Position numbers and translations under genes: made by a program. Shown here piece after piece: positions 19,930 to 30,084 of a DNA stretch of 64,000 nt (position 1 is the first letter of the stretch; every line of letters begins with the position of its first letter). The notes under the pieces are model-generated. The model searched no databases. It worked only from the letters and a program-made list of their open reading frames with translations, and had not been told where the DNA came from. The DNA is from a virus. Lineage: Duplodnaviria > Caudoviricetes. The stretch lies in IMG/VR virus record IMGVR_UViG_3300031784_000003, one strand, 5' to 3'.

Positions 19930-20352
19930 ATGAAAAAAAGGATAGTTAGACTAACTGAATCTGATTTAAGAAGAATAGTTAAAAGAGTAATCAGAGAAGA
20001 TATGGGAGGAATGGACGATGTTCACCCTACTTATGGTAACGTTAACTTCAATGAATTAACTAGAGATCAAATCTTAAATTTAGGTAAGGATAATGATGAT
20101 GATGAATACTACGGTACATTTGATGATACATATATGGTAGATAAAAATGATAGACCTGGTAAATTTGATTATTCGGATTTTGAAGAAGAGGAATTTTCGG
20201 ATTTTGATTCATATAGAAAAAGTAAATATGGTAGAGATCCTAAAAACAAATGGGATTTAAATTCACCTGATGAAGATCAAGGCAGAAGATTTTTTAACGC
20301 ATATCAAGAAAAATCTGGCGGAAGACCTTTTAAAGTAAGAAGGAGAAGATAA
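19930..20352 (+). CDS. Acidic protein with LTESDLRRIV N-terminal tag
   Basis: MKKRIVRLTESDLRRIVKRVIRED followed by a D/E/Y-rich body. Confidence 0.75.
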   Translation: MKKRIVRLTESDLRRIVKRVIREDMGGMDDVHPTYGNVNFNELTRDQILNLGKDNDDDEYYGTFDDTYMVDKNDRPGKFDYSDFEEEEFSDFDSYRKSKYGRDPKNKWDLNSPDEDQGRRFFNAYQEKSGGRPFKVRRRR

Positions 20353-20368
20353 GTTATTTTTAACACAT

Positions 20369-20396
20369 AAAAAACCCATCATTGATGGGTTTTTTT
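20369..20396. terminator. Intrinsic (potentially bidirectional) terminator
   Basis: AAAAAACCCATCA-T-TGATGGGTTTTTTT. Confidence 0.85.
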
Positions 20397-20419
20397 ATTT
20401 AGTTTAAATATTTATAATT

Positions 20420-23400
20420 ATGAATAGATTATTTTCAGAAAAAGAAGTTAAAAAATTAAAAAATTTTATAGGTAAAAGTCTAATTACTGAACAAGGTGTA
20501 GGTAGAAGACTTGCAGATGCGTTAGAAGACGCAACATCTGCCGTTTCTAAGGCAATTAAAAATGTTGACCCAAAATTAGCCACAAACTTTTTAAATACTG
20601 AGATTAAAAGTTTTGATGATATTTCAAAACATTTAAACGATTATAAATCTATATGGAAAGCTATGGGTATAGATTGGGATTATACGAATAAGGCAATTAC
20701 AAATTTTAAAAAATGGTCAGATACTGGATTTTTAAAAACCGCAGATGAAAAGTTAATTTTACAAGTTATTAATGACTTACCAACTGAAGGGGATTTAAGA
20801 GGGATTGTTTTTGACTTATGGAAAAAAAGTAAGGGTACATACACACCAAAAAAACCTAAATCTAAATCTGTTGTTGTTAAAAACAAAAAAACTGGACAAA
20901 ATATAATTCAAAAAACAGAAAACAATCAAGTAAAAAATTATGAGGTAGATAATAACGGAAAATTATCTGAAATAAGTGATTCTGAATTAGATTTAGAACT
21001 AGATTCTAAAGAAAAACCAGAACAAGTTGCGGGTGTAAAATTGGATGACATACCAAAAGATGAATGGGATATTATTGATGCGTCATTTAAAAAATATGGT
21101 TTTGAAAATGATTGGGGTTTTGACCCTAACACAGGAGAACCTGTATATGTTATATTGCAAATAGGTGGAGAAAAAGTAAAATTTAGTTTAAATAAATATG
21201 GTCCTGAAGCATATGATAATCTTAAAATTAGTGATGATAATTTAATAGAAAAATTTAATGATGAATATGAAAAAACTTTTGAGAATACCAGTTGGATGGA
21301 TAAACCATCTAGGGAAGATTGGGTTAAAAAAGAAAAAATATTAAAGGACCCTAAATTAAGGGAAAAATATGTTAATAGATATGATGTTTCATTAGGTGTT
21401 AAATTGTGGGCAGATGAACCTAATGGTGACTGGGGTATTTGGGTTATCGCAAACCCTACAGAAATAAAAAATTATAGGAAAACAATCACACCAGAGGATT
21501 TAAAAAATGCTATATTACATACAGTTTATCACGAATTGACTCACGTTAAACAAAAACCTGGTCAACATAGTAATTTATCGTATGGTTCTGGCGAATTTAA
21601 AACTACTGAACATGCTTGGACTTATTTAAATTTTAAAAGAGATAAATCCACTAAAAGATATTCTTTTGATGAAAAAGAAATATTTAACTTTTGGGCATGG
21701 CATAAAGAAGATCCTGTTAAAGCGGAAGAACTTATTGCAGATTTTGGTGACGAAAAAGGGATTGACACTAGTTTAGATTATAGTTGGAGAGACGATTTTT
21801 ATGAGTGGGGGAAAGAAAAAAATATTTTTGACGAAAAATTTATTACAAAAAATAAAATTAAAAAACAAATTGATTCATATACTTACAAAAGAAACCTTTT
21901 TAGTGATGACGTTAAAGTAAGATCATTAAAATTGAGTATTGATAGATTTTCTAAAAGTGATAGTAGATTTAAAAAAATAAAAGAGACTACAGATAATTTA
22001 AACGATAAAGAATTTTTAAAATTTATAAATGATAATATTAATATACCTGAAATTGAGAAGGTTGTAAATGATGCTGCATATGAATTGAGTTATTGGAGTA
22101 ATGTTAAAGAAATAGAAGCCGAATTTGGGGCTAATATTAAAACTTTAATGGAATTAGGTACTTTAGAAAAAAATAAAGGTTTTGCCACTTTCTTAGTGGA
22201 TTATTTAAGAGGTACAAATAAATCTCAAAAACTGGCAGATATTGATGTAGCAAAACAAAAAAACTATATGGATACTATGCATCCTATGGTAAAAACTGTA
22301 AAAAAAATAGATAGTAGTGTAGATTCATTAATAGAATTTTTCAAAACATATATAAATAAATTTTTAAATAAAAATGTTACTGATAAAGTAAAATTAGAAA
22401 AAGAATTAACTGATGTAGGTGAGTGGGTTAATAATATACCTGAAGATTTTTTCGCAGTATTAGGAAAATTAGAAAACAGATGGAAAAAGGTATACCCTGA
22501 ACAAGCAAAAAAGATTGAGAAGGATTTATATAAACAGGCATACAATTTAATTTCTAAAGGTTATCCAGCGTTATTACCATTTATTGTTAGTGGTTTATCT
22601 GATGATGAAACTGAAGATAATAAAAATAAAAATGAATCTATAGTTTATAAAAAACATTATATAACTGAATCTTTTAAAAAAACTTATTCATTCGATTGGG
22701 ATGACAATATATTAAAAATGCCAACGAGAATTCATTTAGAATATAAGGTTGGTGGTTTACACTGGGTACCAGTTTCAGTGTCTACAGAACAATTTAGATC
22801 CATTAGACATAAAGTAGGGACAGAATTTAGGTATTTAAATGACAATGTATTAGACGCATTTAAAGATTTTAGAGAATATGAATCATTTATTAGAGATGTT
22901 AAATATGCGTTAGACAGTAGAAATTTTGGGCCTAGTTTTAATGACTTTAAAGAGGCGTTAATTAATGGTGAAGATTTTTCTATTATAACTGCGAGGTCAA
23001 ATTCACCCCTATCTTTAATTGATGGTATTAAATTATTGATAGATAAAAACTTTTCTTATAGAGAAAAAGATGAGATGGAAAAAAATCTTAATGGTACATC
23101 AATCAATGACTATCTTAAAATTCAAGATTATCATCCAGTATCTTCAAAAGAATTTTTAAAAAGTTTTAATTTAGATTTAAGTGGATCTAATCCTGAAAAA
23201 GGTAAAGAAATCGCCTTCAGAAGTTTTGTTGACCGTATAGTAAAACAAATAGACAATATAATAGACGATCCTAATTTTGAAGGTATAAGTGTGGGCTATA
23301 GTGACGATGATTTAAAAAATTTAGAGATAATAGAAAATTTAATTAGAAAAGAATTGAGTATGAAATACCCTAAAATAAAATTTAATGTCTATGACACATC

Positions 23401-23446
23401 TGACCCAAATAATCCGAAAAAGAAAAGAATTGTAATAGAAAAATAA
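20420..23446 (+). CDS. Multidomain (polyvalent-like) protein: shared helical domain + HExxH peptidase-like domain + C-terminal HAD-fold domain
   Basis: YHELTH at 21530-21544 with distal EIEAE at 22109-22123. The C-terminal FDWDDN…IITARS…GYSDDD matches HAD motifs I, II and IV. Confidence 0.7.
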   Translation: MNRLFSEKEVKKLKNFIGKSLITEQGVGRRLADALEDATSAVSKAIKNVDPKLATNFLNTEIKSFDDISKHLNDYKSIWKAMGIDWDYTNKAITNFKKWSDTGFLKTADEKLILQVINDLPTEGDLRGIVFDLWKKSKGTYTPKKPKSKSVVVKNKKTGQNIIQKTENNQVKNYEVDNNGKLSEISDSELDLELDSKEKPEQVAGVKLDDIPKDEWDIIDASFKKYGFENDWGFDPNTGEPVYVILQIGGEKVKFSLNKYGPEAYDNLKISDDNLIEKFNDEYEKTFENTSWMDKPSREDWVKKEKILKDPKLREKYVNRYDVSLGVKLWADEPNGDWGIWVIANPTEIKNYRKTITPEDLKNAILHTVYHELTHVKQKPGQHSNLSYGSGEFKTTEHAWTYLNFKRDKSTKRYSFDEKEIFNFWAWHKEDPVKAEELIADFGDEKGIDTSLDYSWRDDFYEWGKEKNIFDEKFITKNKIKKQIDSYTYKRNLFSDDVKVRSLKLSIDRFSKSDSRFKKIKETTDNLNDKEFLKFINDNINIPEIEKVVNDAAYELSYWSNVKEIEAEFGANIKTLMELGTLEKNKGFATFLVDYLRGTNKSQKLADIDVAKQKNYMDTMHPMVKTVKKIDSSVDSLIEFFKTYINKFLNKNVTDKVKLEKELTDVGEWVNNIPEDFFAVLGKLENRWKKVYPEQAKKIEKDLYKQAYNLISKGYPALLPFIVSGLSDDETEDNKNKNESIVYKKHYITESFKKTYSFDWDDNILKMPTRIHLEYKVGGLHWVPVSVSTEQFRSIRHKVGTEFRYLNDNVLDAFKDFREYESFIRDVKYALDSRNFGPSFNDFKEALINGEDFSIITARSNSPLSLIDGIKLLIDKNFSYREKDEMEKNLNGTSINDYLKIQDYHPVSSKEFLKSFNLDLSGSNPEKGKEIAFRSFVDRIVKQIDNIIDDPNFEGISVGYSDDDLKNLEIIENLIRKELSMKYPKIKFNVYDTSDPNNPKKKRIVIEK
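20480..20848 (+). repeat. Copy 1 of a duplicated ~123-codon domain (copy 2 at 27986-28354)
   Basis: Hand alignment gives 23 differences in about 123 aa (~80% identity). An identical 44-bp stretch occurs at 20543-20586 and 28049-28092. Confidence 0.9.
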
Positions 23447-23517
23447 ATTTTTTAAAAAATACAATATTTATATAATAAATAATACAACTAATAAAAAGAA
23501 ATTAAAAAAAAATTAAG

Positions 23518-24006
23518 ATGGCTGATTTATTAATGAGAATGCCTGTTCCTTACGAACCACTAAGAAAGAATAGGTTTATTTTGAGATTTCCAGATGAATT
23601 GGGAATTCAAGAATGGTGGGTATCTACAACTAGCCGACCAAAATATACGAGTCAAGAGGTGGAGATACCTTTTTTAAATACTTCTACATATGTGATTGGT
23701 AGATTTAACTGGGAATCAATCTCTGTAACTTTTAGAGACCCTATCGGACCTTCTGCGACACAAGCATTAATGGAATGGGTTCGTTTACACTCTGAAACTG
23801 TAACGGGTAGACAAGGTTATGCTGCGGGATATAAAAAGGACGTAGAGTTAGAAATGTTAGACCCAACAGGTGTAGTAGTTCAAAAATGGATTTTACAAGG
23901 AACTCAATTAAATGATGTGGATTTCGGTGGATTAGATTATTCATCTTCTGATTTGGCAGATATCACTGCAACACTTAGATTTGATAGAGCAATTAACGTA
24001 TTCTAA
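23518..24006 (+). CDS. gp19: Tail tube protein (T4 gp19-like)
   Basis: EP.RKNRF, WESISVTFRD, QALMEW, KWILQG and LDYSSSD tube-family motifs; 162 aa. Confidence 0.92.
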   Translation: MADLLMRMPVPYEPLRKNRFILRFPDELGIQEWWVSTTSRPKYTSQEVEIPFLNTSTYVIGRFNWESISVTFRDPIGPSATQALMEWVRLHSETVTGRQGYAAGYKKDVELEMLDPTGVVVQKWILQGTQLNDVDFGGLDYSSSDLADITATLRFDRAINVF

Positions 24007-24027
24007 TTTCATATAAAACTTAAATAT

Positions 24028-24056
24028 AAAAATCCCATTATTCAATGGGATTTTTT
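24028..24056. terminator. Intrinsic terminator after the tube gene
   Basis: AAAAATCCCATT-ATTC-AATGGGATTTTTT. Confidence 0.85.
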
Positions 24057-24107
24057 GTTTTTATTTAATATTTATTTATTAGAATAATTATATATAATAA
24101 AAAAATT

Positions 24108-25199
24108 ATGGCAAGAAAAATTTTAAATTTAAATGAAGAATTAAAAAGGATAAAATCTTTATTTACTGAAGAAAGAATGTATGGTAATCTTAATGAAGAT
24201 GTATCTGAATGTCAGTGTGAAGACCCTAATGGTGATCTATACGGTAAACTTAATGAAGAAACGGGTCTATGTGATCCTGAGTTATGTGAATCAGAAGGAG
24301 ATGATGATAATAAATCCACATCAGGCGTTCCCTCAGGTTTTATTGAATTAACGTCATCTAAGAAAAATGAAATAGAAAATGATGAAACAGATTCAATTAA
24401 ATTTTATGAATCAAAACAAGTGGGTGGTAAAACATATGTGAAAAGAATGTCTTTTGAAAAAATAAAACAAAAAGTAGGATATATTGATAAACCAAAACCA
24501 GGAAGAGATATGGACTACGTAAAAAGAAAAATAAAAGACGATAAAGGTGTACCTGTAGAAATTTATATCTCTAAAGATGGTGAATTAAACTTCATGACAA
24601 AAAAAGAAGGTAAAGCAATTAGAAAAGATATTAGTAAAGATGTAAAACAAGATAAGGGTGTTATCGATGATAATATAGATAGTTGTAAAGAACATCTTAA
24701 AGCTATGTATAAAGCTTGGAAAAAGGGTGCTGGTCCTGGTGAATTAGAAGATTTTGGGTTTGAGGCAGATGCATATAAATCTGTTGAAAGATGTATGGCG
24801 AATTTCTATAATAGATTTGAAAAAGATGATGGAGTATTTTCTAGAATTGGAGTTGGTAGAGAGGATATAATGCAAATGGTTAAATCTTTTCAAGACGATG
24901 ATTTAGTTGGTGATTATAGAAGTGGAGAAGGTCAAGTTCAAAAAGGTGTAGAAGGTGAAAAATATACGGTTGAAAATGCTAGAGGTACTAAATTAGGTGT
25001 CATAAAGAAAAAAACAGGAAATCAGTATAAATTTAATGGTGTAAGAGGATATATATTTATAGAAAAAAGAAATGGTGTTTTACAATTTAAACCATTTGTT
25101 TTAGGTCCAATTTTTAAAGCGTTAAATTTAAATGTTGATACTAATAAAATAACGGTAATCGAAGGTGGAGAAAATAACGCATTATTTAGAGTTAAATAA
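24108..25199 (+). CDS. Hypothetical protein with LNEELKRIKSL N-terminal tag
   Basis: The tag is nearly identical to that of ORF 27890; short Cys module CQC…LNEETGLCDPELC. Confidence 0.75.
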   Translation: MARKILNLNEELKRIKSLFTEERMYGNLNEDVSECQCEDPNGDLYGKLNEETGLCDPELCESEGDDDNKSTSGVPSGFIELTSSKKNEIENDETDSIKFYESKQVGGKTYVKRMSFEKIKQKVGYIDKPKPGRDMDYVKRKIKDDKGVPVEIYISKDGELNFMTKKEGKAIRKDISKDVKQDKGVIDDNIDSCKEHLKAMYKAWKKGAGPGELEDFGFEADAYKSVERCMANFYNRFEKDDGVFSRIGVGREDIMQMVKSFQDDDLVGDYRSGEGQVQKGVEGEKYTVENARGTKLGVIKKKTGNQYKFNGVRGYIFIEKRNGVLQFKPFVLGPIFKALNLNVDTNKITVIEGGENNALFRVK

Positions 25200-25201
25200 C
25201 T

Positions 25202-27049
25202 ATGAGTAAAAAAATTTTCATAACAGAAAGTCAATATAATAGAATTTTTAGTGGTGACAATTTTTTATTTGAAGCGGATGATAAAAAGGATGCTGAAAAT
25301 GCTAAAAAATTTTTAAGAAGTATTGGTTGGCCTAACGATATAATAGGTGGATCGTTATCACAAAATCATGTTTTTGCACAATCAGTATTAAATGCATTAA
25401 AGCAATTAAATAATGTTTATATTGCAGAAAAGGTAATCACTGGTACTAAGGGTAAATATGATGTTTGTATCTCTAAACCAGGATTAGGTACTTGTAATGT
25501 TGCGGCTGGAGGTAGTCTATATGCAGCAAAAGACTTTAGTGATTTAGCAAATAAAATTTCTAATAAGACTATTGGTGATAATAGGGCTTCTGATATCGCT
25601 AACAATGACACAGTATACTTTCAATTCGGTAAATTACAAAATGAATTAAATACGGCTTTCAAATATGATAAATATGCTTGGAAGTCAGAATATTTTCCTG
25701 ATGGGTGGTGGAATTTTTTTAGTACATATTTTGGTACAGATAATTATACACAAATAAAAAATAGAATACAAAAAATCCAACCTTATAATATTAATTACAA
25801 TAAAAGTACTTTAAATCAATATGAAAAGGGTACTAGTCTTTGGAATTACATATCAGATTGTTTTACTGATTTTCATTGTGCGATGGATGTTGCCTCTATT
25901 GCGGTTTTAGCAATACCAGGAGTTGGAATGGCTTTAAGTGCGGGTATAGACTTTGCAAATGCAGCCACATATGGTGTTGATGCGTATAACGCAAAAACAA
26001 AAGAAGAAAGAGACGCTGCAATTATTGCAGGTGGATTAACTCTTTTTGGTGGATTTTTAGGTGGTGGTATTGGACAAACAAAAAGAATTTTAACTAAAGG
26101 TAGTGCAAATCCAAAAGTTTATAGATATGCTGATGATGTCATTAAGAGAATCGATGACGAATTACCATTACTTAGAGATGTAAAAACTAATGTAAAAAAC
26201 CAAAAATTAACAACCATTTATAAAGAAACTGCCGAAAAATATGGATTAAAAGATTCAGAAATATTATTAGGTCATGATATTATAGATGATTTCGCAAAAA
26301 TTGATCCTAAAGTTGCAAAAATTTATAGTGATGCTTTAACCACTATAGAAAGTAAGATAGGTAGGGCTAATTTATTGACAGTTGCTAAAAATAAAAATTT
26401 TAAAAATCTTGTCTTACAAAATAATGGTGATGTTGTAACATCACTAAAAGCGTTTATGAAGACTACTGCAGGTAAGGAGGCATTACAAGAATTAGGGATG
26501 TTTGTAATTCTTTCAGAAGTATTATCTGAACCAACAGTTGCAAAATGGTTAAGTGATAAAATTAATCTAATACAACATAGTTTAAAACCAACTGTTCAGA
26601 CTACTATTAAAAATGATGGTTATGATTGGAAGACAACTAAAGAAATATTTTTTTCTGATGGTTCTACTAAAGATAATACTTTACTTTTAAAGGCATATGA
26701 AAAAGGTTGGAGACCTTGGACTAAAAGTGAAGAATTACCAAATGAAGAGGAGATGCAAAAATCTAGAGAGTGGTTATCTAAAAATCCTAGTTTCCAAACT
26801 AAAAAATTTAAAGATTGGTTGTCTACACAAGCTTCTGAATTAGGGAAAGAAAGTCTTAGTGGTAAAGAATCTTTAGGTGTAGAAATGACACCTGTTGACG
26901 CAAAAGACAGAAAAGAAAATGTGAGGTACGCTGATACTAAAGAAGAGATGGACGCTTTAAAACCTGGGATAGATGATGGTAAAAGTGGTGAGGAGGCAAT
27001 AGATTTGTTAGATAAACAACTAGAAGAATATTTAAAAAGTCAAAAATGA
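25202..27049 (+). CDS. Hypothetical protein with ITESQYNRI tag and a pre-toxin-TG-like hydrophobic hairpin
   Basis: HCAMDVASIAVLAIPGVGMALSAGIDFANAATY…AAIIAGGLTLFGGFLGGG. Confidence 0.65.
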   Translation: MSKKIFITESQYNRIFSGDNFLFEADDKKDAENAKKFLRSIGWPNDIIGGSLSQNHVFAQSVLNALKQLNNVYIAEKVITGTKGKYDVCISKPGLGTCNVAAGGSLYAAKDFSDLANKISNKTIGDNRASDIANNDTVYFQFGKLQNELNTAFKYDKYAWKSEYFPDGWWNFFSTYFGTDNYTQIKNRIQKIQPYNINYNKSTLNQYEKGTSLWNYISDCFTDFHCAMDVASIAVLAIPGVGMALSAGIDFANAATYGVDAYNAKTKEERDAAIIAGGLTLFGGFLGGGIGQTKRILTKGSANPKVYRYADDVIKRIDDELPLLRDVKTNVKNQKLTTIYKETAEKYGLKDSEILLGHDIIDDFAKIDPKVAKIYSDALTTIESKIGRANLLTVAKNKNFKNLVLQNNGDVVTSLKAFMKTTAGKEALQELGMFVILSEVLSEPTVAKWLSDKINLIQHSLKPTVQTTIKNDGYDWKTTKEIFFSDGSTKDNTLLLKAYEKGWRPWTKSEELPNEEEMQKSREWLSKNPSFQTKKFKDWLSTQASELGKESLSGKESLGVEMTPVDAKDRKENVRYADTKEEMDALKPGIDDGKSGEEAIDLLDKQLEEYLKSQK

Positions 27050-27234
27050 TAGTTTTAGAAATACAAAAAAAAATAGATGATATAAAAAATAGGTTAGATG
27101 AAATTAATAATCTATTTGATATTTATAATATAAATGATGAAGAAAGTATGAATTATTTTATTAATGAAATACAATCTTATAAAGAAGAATTAAAAAAAAT
27201 AAGTGATGAAAAACTTAAAAGAACAAATAAGTAG
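27046..27234 (+). CDS. Small coiled-coil hypothetical protein
   Basis: 62 aa; ATGA-coupled to the upstream stop; overlaps the next ORF. Confidence 0.45.
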   Translation: MIVLEIQKKIDDIKNRLDEINNLFDIYNINDEESMNYFINEIQSYKEELKKISDEKLKRTNK

Positions 27235-27877
27235 AATAAAAAATCTAATGTTATTATCTGAACAATGTGGCACTGATTTAAATCAATGTGAAGAAGATTT
27301 AGAAAATAAAGGATATAAGGTTTTTAGTCCTACTGAAAGTAAAAATATTTGTGACGATAATGAAAACATACAATGTTTAGAATCATCATTCTCATCATTA
27401 AGTGGAAAATTAAGTGTTAGTTCTGCAGGAAACTCTGTTAAAGATTGTTTTGTACTATTAAAGAGTAATCATCAAACAATGGGAATACCAACGTTTCATT
27501 TTACTTTTTATTCTGACGGTCAAGTCGTTTTATCATTTTTATTAAATGAAAATAATGATAAAAAGAAATTAGTGTATAGATCTAAATATGAATGTAGTGG
27601 TGGTTCTGTAGATATTAAAGGTGGTGCGGGTTTTAAATATATTGGTGTTAAGTCAGGAAACGTAGTTAAGGCAGAAAATATAACTTTTATTAATGATAAT
27701 AATAACAATGTTGTACTTAATGATGCTCAGGCAGTTAAAATGGAACTTAAAAGTGGAGAATTAAAATACCAAGATGTTTTAACATATTATATGAATAGAG
27801 CTGGATTATATACAGGAAATGTTTTAAATAAAGGATTACCATATAATCAAATAGTGGCATTATTAACTCATACATAA
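27206..27877 (+). CDS. Hypothetical protein with LKEQISRIKNL N-terminal tag
   Basis: ATG 27206 gives MKNLKEQISRIKNLMLLSEQ; several Cys. Confidence 0.7.
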   Translation: MKNLKEQISRIKNLMLLSEQCGTDLNQCEEDLENKGYKVFSPTESKNICDDNENIQCLESSFSSLSGKLSVSSAGNSVKDCFVLLKSNHQTMGIPTFHFTFYSDGQVVLSFLLNENNDKKKLVYRSKYECSGGSVDIKGGAGFKYIGVKSGNVVKAENITFINDNNNNVVLNDAQAVKMELKSGELKYQDVLTYYMNRAGLYTGNVLNKGLPYNQIVALLTHT

Positions 27878-27889
27878 AAAAAAATAAAT

Positions 27890-30052
27890 ATGAAAAAAAG
27901 ATATACTAATTTAAATGAAGAAGTGAATAGAATTAAATCTCTATTTACTGAAGAAAGGTTATATGGTAATTTAAAAGAAAATAAATTATTAACTGAGCAA
28001 GGTATAGGTAAAAAACTTGCAGATGCGTTAGAAACTGCAAGTTCTTCTGTTTCTAAGGCAATTAAAAATGTTGACCCAAAATTAGCCACAAATTTTTTAA
28101 ATTCAGAAATCAATACTTTTGATGACTTAGCGAAACATTTAAACGATTATAAATCTATATGGAAAGCTATGGGAATTAATTGGGATTATGCGAATGACGC
28201 AATTTTATCATTTAAAAAATGGTCAGATACTGGATTTTTAAAAAGTGCAGACGATAAATTAATTTTACAAGTTATCAATGATTTACCTGTGGAAGGTGAT
28301 TTAAGAGGTATGGTATTTGATTTATGGAAAGATAGTAAAGGAAAATATACCCCACCTAAATCAAAAAATCAGACTACTATTGTTAGTAAATCTAATAAAG
28401 GTGAAAATGTTATCCATAAAGTAGAAACTGTTGGTGGTAAAGAAAAAATTGAGACTTACTCAATAGAGAGTGATGGGATTAAAAAAGATGACGGTTACGA
28501 CCCAAATAGGGCTAGTGAAGAAGTTAATTCACATTTTGATGGGGATGATTTAGTTTCTGGTGGAGGAAGTAGTAAAATCACTACTGATGTGTTAAATGCT
28601 AAAGGTAATCCAGATAATATAAAAGGTGAAATTATAAATGCTATTGAGGAAGGATTTAATAAAATATCAGGTAGAGGTGGTAAACAAATGACTTCTGATG
28701 AAATTGTTGAACAGATTAAAAATGGGGGAGTTTTAATGGTAAAACGATCTGATGGTTCTTATAGAGTAATAAATACTATAGAATTAATAGAAATGGAAAT
28801 AGATCAAAATTTGGATATAACTAACATAAAAAGTATTGGTAAAAAAGATGTAACACCACCAGTTAATGTTCCACCAGTTAAAGATGGTGGTGAATCAGTA
28901 GATGTACCTACAGACGGTGGTAGAAATGGAAGTAAAAAATCTAAAAATAATTTTTCTTCAAATATTGGTAACATAATTGGACAAGGTTTCAGATATGTGT
29001 TCCCAACAGTTAGTGAAATATTAAAACGTGTATCTTTATTAGGTCCAGGTAGTAAATTTTATTCTAAACAAAGATTTAGTATTGTCGATTCGAGATTTCC
29101 AACAGAAGGAGGTTATAATAAACGAGCTAACAAGATTTTGAAGGGTTTGTTGGAAAACCCTGCAAGAATATTGTTTGTAGAACAAACTGCTTTAATTACT
29201 ATTGTTGGTATAGCAAAATCAATCGAAAGAGGAACACTACCTAAAGATGAAGAAGCTATAAATACTGCAATTGCAGATTATAAGAATAGTGAAATATGGA
29301 AATACAGTGTACCGTATTTATTAGCGGGTACACTTGCCGATGTCTATCAGAGGATTATTAATTTAAGAAAAATTAGTTACGCTTCTTGTAGAAGTAAAGC
29401 AGAAAAAAAATTAAATCCTAATGATCCTCTTTATGAAATAAAGAAAAAGGAAGTTGAAGTGGAAATTGAAGCGTGTAAAGATGAGGTAGACTCATTTTTT
29501 GATAAAATTGATGCTTTTGGAAAAGACTTTACTAAATTTAAAAAAGAATTTGCCGACCTTAGTAATATAGATCAATGGGATCAATCAAAAATAGAAAAAT
29601 TTTGTGAAGAAGATTTAGCGGATAAACAAGAGGTTTTGAAAAATTTGAGGGTTAGTTTAACTAATTTAGATGATGAAATAAAAAATCGATTTAATACAGA
29701 TGACATTAAAAAAAGAGAATATATTGTTACTATAATTAATACTTTGAAGAACGTTATGCCTGCGTTACCTGAATTACCTACTCCAGAAGAAGTAATTAGT
29801 CAATTAATGCCTAAAACGGAAATTAATGGTAAAAAAATAACCCCTTTAGATATACAAGGGTTAGAAACTAAATTAAACGCAGCATGTGCTGAATACTGGA
29901 ACAAAAAAAGAGATGTTCAAGATCAAATAGTTGATCCAGATGATTATGAACAACCAATAGATACAATTAATGTTGACCCTGACACTAAAGAAAGTTTAGA
30001 CGCAGATTTTGGTATGATAGAAGTAATTGTAGAACCAATAGAAATAGTTTAA
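27890..30052 (+). CDS. Mosaic hypothetical protein (tag of ORF 24108 + domain of ORF 20420 + helical C-terminus)
   Basis: NLNEEVNRIKSLFTEERLYGNLKE followed by the LLTEQG duplicated domain. Confidence 0.8.
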   Translation: MKKRYTNLNEEVNRIKSLFTEERLYGNLKENKLLTEQGIGKKLADALETASSSVSKAIKNVDPKLATNFLNSEINTFDDLAKHLNDYKSIWKAMGINWDYANDAILSFKKWSDTGFLKSADDKLILQVINDLPVEGDLRGMVFDLWKDSKGKYTPPKSKNQTTIVSKSNKGENVIHKVETVGGKEKIETYSIESDGIKKDDGYDPNRASEEVNSHFDGDDLVSGGGSSKITTDVLNAKGNPDNIKGEIINAIEEGFNKISGRGGKQMTSDEIVEQIKNGGVLMVKRSDGSYRVINTIELIEMEIDQNLDITNIKSIGKKDVTPPVNVPPVKDGGESVDVPTDGGRNGSKKSKNNFSSNIGNIIGQGFRYVFPTVSEILKRVSLLGPGSKFYSKQRFSIVDSRFPTEGGYNKRANKILKGLLENPARILFVEQTALITIVGIAKSIERGTLPKDEEAINTAIADYKNSEIWKYSVPYLLAGTLADVYQRIINLRKISYASCRSKAEKKLNPNDPLYEIKKKEVEVEIEACKDEVDSFFDKIDAFGKDFTKFKKEFADLSNIDQWDQSKIEKFCEEDLADKQEVLKNLRVSLTNLDDEIKNRFNTDDIKKREYIVTIINTLKNVMPALPELPTPEEVISQLMPKTEINGKKITPLDIQGLETKLNAACAEYWNKKRDVQDQIVDPDDYEQPIDTINVDPDTKESLDADFGMIEVIVEPIEIV
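27986..28354 (+). repeat. Copy 2 of the duplicated ~123-codon domain
   Basis: See copy 1 at 20480-20848. Confidence 0.9.
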
Positions 30053-30055
30053 TAT

Positions 30056-30084
30056 TTACTTTTAATAATATATAAATAGTTTTA
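30056..30084 (+). promoter_or_regulatory. Candidate bipartite promoter TTACTTTT-N13-TAGTTTTA
   Basis: The same two elements with the same spacing recur at 57573-57601. Confidence 0.45.

Noticed and set aside
25600-25760. Peptidoglycan-binding (PGBD-like) motif in ORF 25202 (LQNELN…PDG)
   Set aside because: The match is too degenerate to support without an HMM search.
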